A DNA stretch of 63,973 nucleotides, counting the filler, from Thelocarpon superellum (Eukaryota): assembly GCA_026025795.1 (NCBI GenBank). It is 13 parts of 13 records of this genome, joined end to end, with 100 filler letters (N's around TTAATTAATTAA, not from the genome) between each part and the next. Parts side by side here need not be neighbours in the genome. Positions count along the whole stretch, not along the records: positions 60,288 to 63,973 come from JAPEUG010000779.1; 12 more parts are not named here. The stretch is one strand, 5' to 3'. The translations under genes and the position numbers were made by a program. The notes under the pieces were generated by a model that had not been told where the DNA came from, did no database searches, and worked only from the letters and a program-made list of their open reading frames with translations. Below, in pieces: positions 60,288-63,973 of this stretch; the stretch's first letter is position 1, and the number at the start of each line of letters is the position of its first letter.

Positions 60288-61889
60288 GAAGGACCCAACC
60301 CGCTGCGGCCGTACTATGTCCCCCCGTCGATTGGCCCCTCGGCCCCCCCTTCGACGTCGACTCCCGCCACCAGCGACGGCATCGGTGCGAGCGGTAAACA
60401 CGTCCCATCGACCTCGCCCGCTGCTGAAACCTCCTTCTCCTCCTCTGCCCGCGACTTGTTCTCCGATCTGGACTACAGCAATTACCTTTCCGACGCGTCC
60501 CCGTCGGTCACGGACACGGTCAAGCGCCTGGTCGACCAAGCATTATGGAAATACACGAGCGTGCTCATGGCCCAGCCATTCGAAGTGGCCAAGACAATCT
60601 TGCAATGCCACCTCGCGATCGGGCCAGATGATTCGTTGCAGGCGGAGCGTGCCAAGCGACGTCCGGATTACCATCGTGGTCGCAGCTACGGCGATGTAAG
60701 CGGGCCGTCTGTGGTGTAGGCCAGCTCTTCACTGATCGTGCGATAGTATGGGTCCGATGAATCCGATCCGGACGAGCCGGCATACTTTACCACGAACACT
60801 GCTTCTCCGCATATCGTCCGACGACGGCGGGACTTTTCATACAGCGACGACGATCTCTCCAGCGGAGGGACCAGCAAGCATGCGAGCCGACCTCCAGGCA
60901 ACTTCATCCTGTCGCAGCCGTCGTCCCTCTTGGAAGCCTTGTCGCAGTTGTGGGCAAAGGAAGGCGCATGGGGGGTGTGGAAGGGAGCCAATTCAACCTT
61001 CATCTACAACGTGCTTCTGAAGTCGGCCGAGAGCTGGATCCGGAGCCTCCTGGCCGCTCTGTTTAATCTCCCCGACGCGAGCCTGCTGTCGGGCTCGGTG
61101 GACATTGCCGATGGCCCCTTTCCCATGGCCAGCCTGGGCGTGGCCGTGGCAGCGGCCGGGCTCGCGGGCGCCCTCCTCTCTCCGCTCGACATTGTTCGGA
61201 CGCAGTTAGTAGGCTCCATGATGGTTCCGAGCATCCACTAACCACGTTCTAGACTCATGCTGACGCCCACATCCCACTCGCCTCGATCTCTCGTGCCCGC
61301 GCTTCGAGCTCTCCCATCTTCCACCTGTCCATTAGACATCCTTCCCGTCACCATCCTCCACAGCACTCTGCCGACCTTGATCTCGACCTCAACACCTATG
61401 TTCCTCCGGTCCCGACTCGGCGTCGATCCAATCCTTACCCCCATCACATTTTCCGCCTTCACCTTTCTCTCAGCCTGCGCGGACCTTGTCCTGAGGCTGC
61501 CTCTCGAAACGGTGCTGCGACGAGGCCAGATACACACAGTCTTCTCCACCTCTCCCACCTCTCCCACATCTGCCACCACAACTCCAACACTCACCGCCCC
61601 TGCTTCATCACGTCAAACCGAAACCATTGTGCCAATAGGAAGCTACAACGGGATCATCGGAACGATGTGGACCATTGTGCGCGAAGAAGGCGAGCGCACC
61701 TCTACCCCGGCTGCATCTAGAGTCAGCACCCCCACCACGCGCCGTGCGTCCAAGGAGGCGATGGTAGTCCGGAGGAAGGGCCAAGGTCTCGAGGGCCTCT
61801 GGCGCGGCTGGCGCGTCGGCATGTGGGGTCTGGTGGGCATGTGGGGCGCCGCGGCACTCGGGAATGCGGGGAAGGGTGGAGAATTCTAG
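60288..61889 (+). CDS. UGO1: Mitochondrial fusion and transport protein Ugo1, first few codons missing
   Basis: EGPNPLRPYYVPP, YTSVLMAQPFEVAKTILQ, EGAWGVWKG, PLDIVRT, LPLETVLRRGQ and GLWRGWRVG, with two GT-AG introns. Confidence 0.93.
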
Positions 61890-62174
61890 GAGATACAAGG
61901 AGCATTTAGGGTGCGTCACTGCGAGTCACTTTGCGCGTGTTTGAGATGGCGTAGGTGGGAATATCCGGTATTTCAGTGGATTCGCGAGCGATCATGGCGT
62001 TTCTGCTGTCCTTTTGCGAGCGTTTATCCACTTCACTGTCAACTCAAACATCCTCAACTCCACTTTGCCTCGCCCCGTCCCGCTCCGCTCCACGATCAAG
62101 CCTCTCTGATGTGAAGAGCTGCGCAGAGAAAGAAGAAGGAAAGAAGGAAGGAAAGAAAGAAAGATAGAGGAGAG

Positions 62175-63698
62175 CTAGTTCTGTCCGAACCTGCGATCAA
62201 ACATCTTCAACACCCCTAGGATCGACGCCGCCTCGACTTCCATGGCGGCCATTTCTGTTCCCTTTTCTCTCTTTCTCTCCCTCTCTCTCTCCCTTTCCCT
62301 CTGCCTCTCGCTCTGACGAGTTATAGTGGCGGTGGTACTTGTGATGGCGACTGGAGTGATGGTAGAAGCAGAAATAGAGGCAGAGGTAGAAGTCTTCAGT
62401 CGAGGCAACCAGCTGCCTAGGTCTGCACTGGCATTGTCGAATTGTGGATGGCGCGAGAGAGTCGTGTATGTGTCTGCGCACGAGAGGTAGGGGTGCTCGG
62501 ACGACGGAGGCTTCCGCATGACTTTGGACATGGACCCAGAGGGAGACGTAGAAGAGGAAGCAGACACGGCGGCGGATTTCTGCATCGCCGCCAGGCTCTT
62601 GCAGAACAAAGTACTCTTTGGATCGGCGCGGCACTGGGCACAGGTTCCCGGGACGCAACGGGCATCTTTGACCGAGGGTGTGGTGGAGGTAGCAAGGACC
62701 TCGGCCGGTTGCACGTCGTGCACGGACGGTGGCGGGGTAAAAGACGACAAGGCTGTCGCGGGACGAGGAGCCGCCTCGGATGGTGGAGGGACGCCAGACT
62801 GGGGAGCGCGATGGTCAAGCGCGCAGACGCACGCCGTGCCATCTTCACAGAAGCCGCATCGGTCCGCGGCTTCGACGGGTGACGTGGGACTCATGGCGTC
62901 TTCTTCCTCCTCGTCAGCGGTGGGATCGACTGACTTCTGGATCGCGTATAGTGCCGTGAAATCCGTCTCGAGCTCGCTGTGGTCTGGGCTCGATCGAGCG
63001 CGTTTGCTCAATGCCTCGTCTCCCTCCGGTGAGTGTGCTCTTTTGACCGTCGAATCCGGCTCAGGCGCTGCGTCCATGTCAAGACTCATCTCAATACACG
63101 CGCATCGGCTGTCGATGGTGCAACTACCGCAGCCCATGAGCTCAGGAGCGTCGTTTCCGGCTATCTGGGCCTGATCCGTCGACGCTCCGAGGGCCGGGAT
63201 GACTGGAGGGGGGGCAGACGAGAAGGCCTCCATGGCCTTGCTCAATTCCAGCTTCGTCGCTTCATGACACCTTCGCTCCGTCTCCAGCTCTTGAGCGAGT
63301 CCACCATACCGTTGCTGCCACGCCAGGACTTGTCCTCGATAGACGTCGATCTCCGACTCTAATGTCGCTATCTGAATCTTCATCTCTTCCTGCGTTTTCT
63401 CGTACACCTGGCCAATCTCCTTGATGCTGCCCTCCAGCTGACCCACCTTGGCCGCGCGACGTTCGCGAAAGGCGCGTTGGGCGGCCCGATTCTGCGCCTT
63501 GCGTTTGGTCGGAGGTGCATCGGTCGCAGGCTTCCGGCCAGGTTTTGGCCGAGGAGGGATGACCCATTCTTTGCTGGTCGTGAGGCAGGAAGACCCGGCG
63601 GCCAAATTGGCGTTGGCGGCACTGGGTGCGGCGGAGAGAGGTGCTGGTGCCAGAGGTGGCGGAGATGACGCATGAGATGCAGAGACTGAGGCGGCCAT
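62175..63698 (-). CDS. hapX: Iron-responsive bZIP transcription factor HapX
   Basis: Hap4-like motif TSKEWVIPPRPKPGRKP, bZIP KRKAQNRAAQRAFRERR, Cys-rich regions CGSC..CAC, CGFC..CVC and GTCAQC..FC, plus LSCADTYTTLSRHP and MEVEAASILGVLKMFDRRF. Confidence 0.95.
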   Translation of the reverse strand: MAASVSASHASSPPPLAPAPLSAAPSAANANLAAGSSCLTTSKEWVIPPRPKPGRKPATDAPPTKRKAQNRAAQRAFRERRAAKVGQLEGSIKEIGQVYEKTQEEMKIQIATLESEIDVYRGQVLAWQQRYGGLAQELETERRCHEATKLELSKAMEAFSSAPPPVIPALGASTDQAQIAGNDAPELMGCGSCTIDSRCACIEMSLDMDAAPEPDSTVKRAHSPEGDEALSKRARSSPDHSELETDFTALYAIQKSVDPTADEEEEDAMSPTSPVEAADRCGFCEDGTACVCALDHRAPQSGVPPPSEAAPRPATALSSFTPPPSVHDVQPAEVLATSTTPSVKDARCVPGTCAQCRADPKSTLFCKSLAAMQKSAAVSASSSTSPSGSMSKVMRKPPSSEHPYLSCADTYTTLSRHPQFDNASADLGSWLPRLKTSTSASISASTITPVAITSTTATITRQSERQRERERERERKREKGTEMAAMEVEAASILGVLKMFDRRFGQN

Positions 63699-63888
63699 GA
63701 TGCAGAGTAACCACCACCGATCGCGGTGACGCACCCTTCAGCGATAACACGAAGATGACACCCAGCCTTCAGGTCTTGGACAGAGTCAAGAAATGAAAGG
63801 ATGGAAGGATCTTGGCTTCGAGCACGCGTCAACGTATGGTCGATAGGACTTCGATGCAAATGATGGGCGGGGTCTAGGAGTCCCTCTT

Positions 63889-63907
63889 TTATCAGATCAT
63901 CAGATAA
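63889..63907. promoter_or_regulatory. Two SreA-type GATA sites (ATCWGATAA) in inverted orientation upstream of hapX
   Basis: TTATCAGAT-C-ATCAGATAA: a perfect ATCTGATAA on the minus strand and ATCAGATAA on the plus strand, about 190 nt upstream of the hapX ATG. Confidence 0.82.
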
Positions 63908-63973
63908 CGGCGCTAGGCCAGACGGGGAACCGATCTCGGCGAATGATTGCACAGCGTCGAGAATTCGCGTAAT

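Overview
This is eukaryotic DNA from a GC-rich filamentous ascomycete (Pezizomycotina-type genes with short spliceosomal introns and CTRAC-like branch points). It is not one locus. It is 13 unrelated contigs joined by 12 artificial 100-nt linkers (44 N + TTAATTAATTAA + 44 N). The first 12 contigs fall in length from 5050 to 4755 nt, and the last is cut by the window edge. Manual splicing recovers about 24 genes or gene fragments: a DUF2406 protein, VMA21, a FUN30-type remodeler, IML2, ATP10, GOS1, RPL35, an ABCC/Ybt1-type transporter, VTA1, an MPD1/PrpA-type PDI, a HeLo-like/ubiquitin-like-domain pseudogene, a Uds1-domain protein, SFM1, IGO1/endosulfine, MYG1, SEC10, SAE2/CtIP, two F-box(-like) proteins, CAB4, UGO1, hapX and several hypotheticals. 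The most interesting observation is the 405-aa hypothetical at 44047-45264. Its N- and C-terminal blocks align by eye with human shieldin subunit SHLD3 as recalled from memory, so it is a candidate fungal SHLD3-like protein that needs a profile or structure search. Other notable points are a double SreA motif upstream of hapX, a HapX lacking CRR-D, a GC-AG intron in SEC10, an acid-free N-terminal extension on MYG1, and two gene-poor contigs. No tRNA, rRNA, CRISPR array or transposase could be supported. All identifications come from recognised motifs, not database searches.
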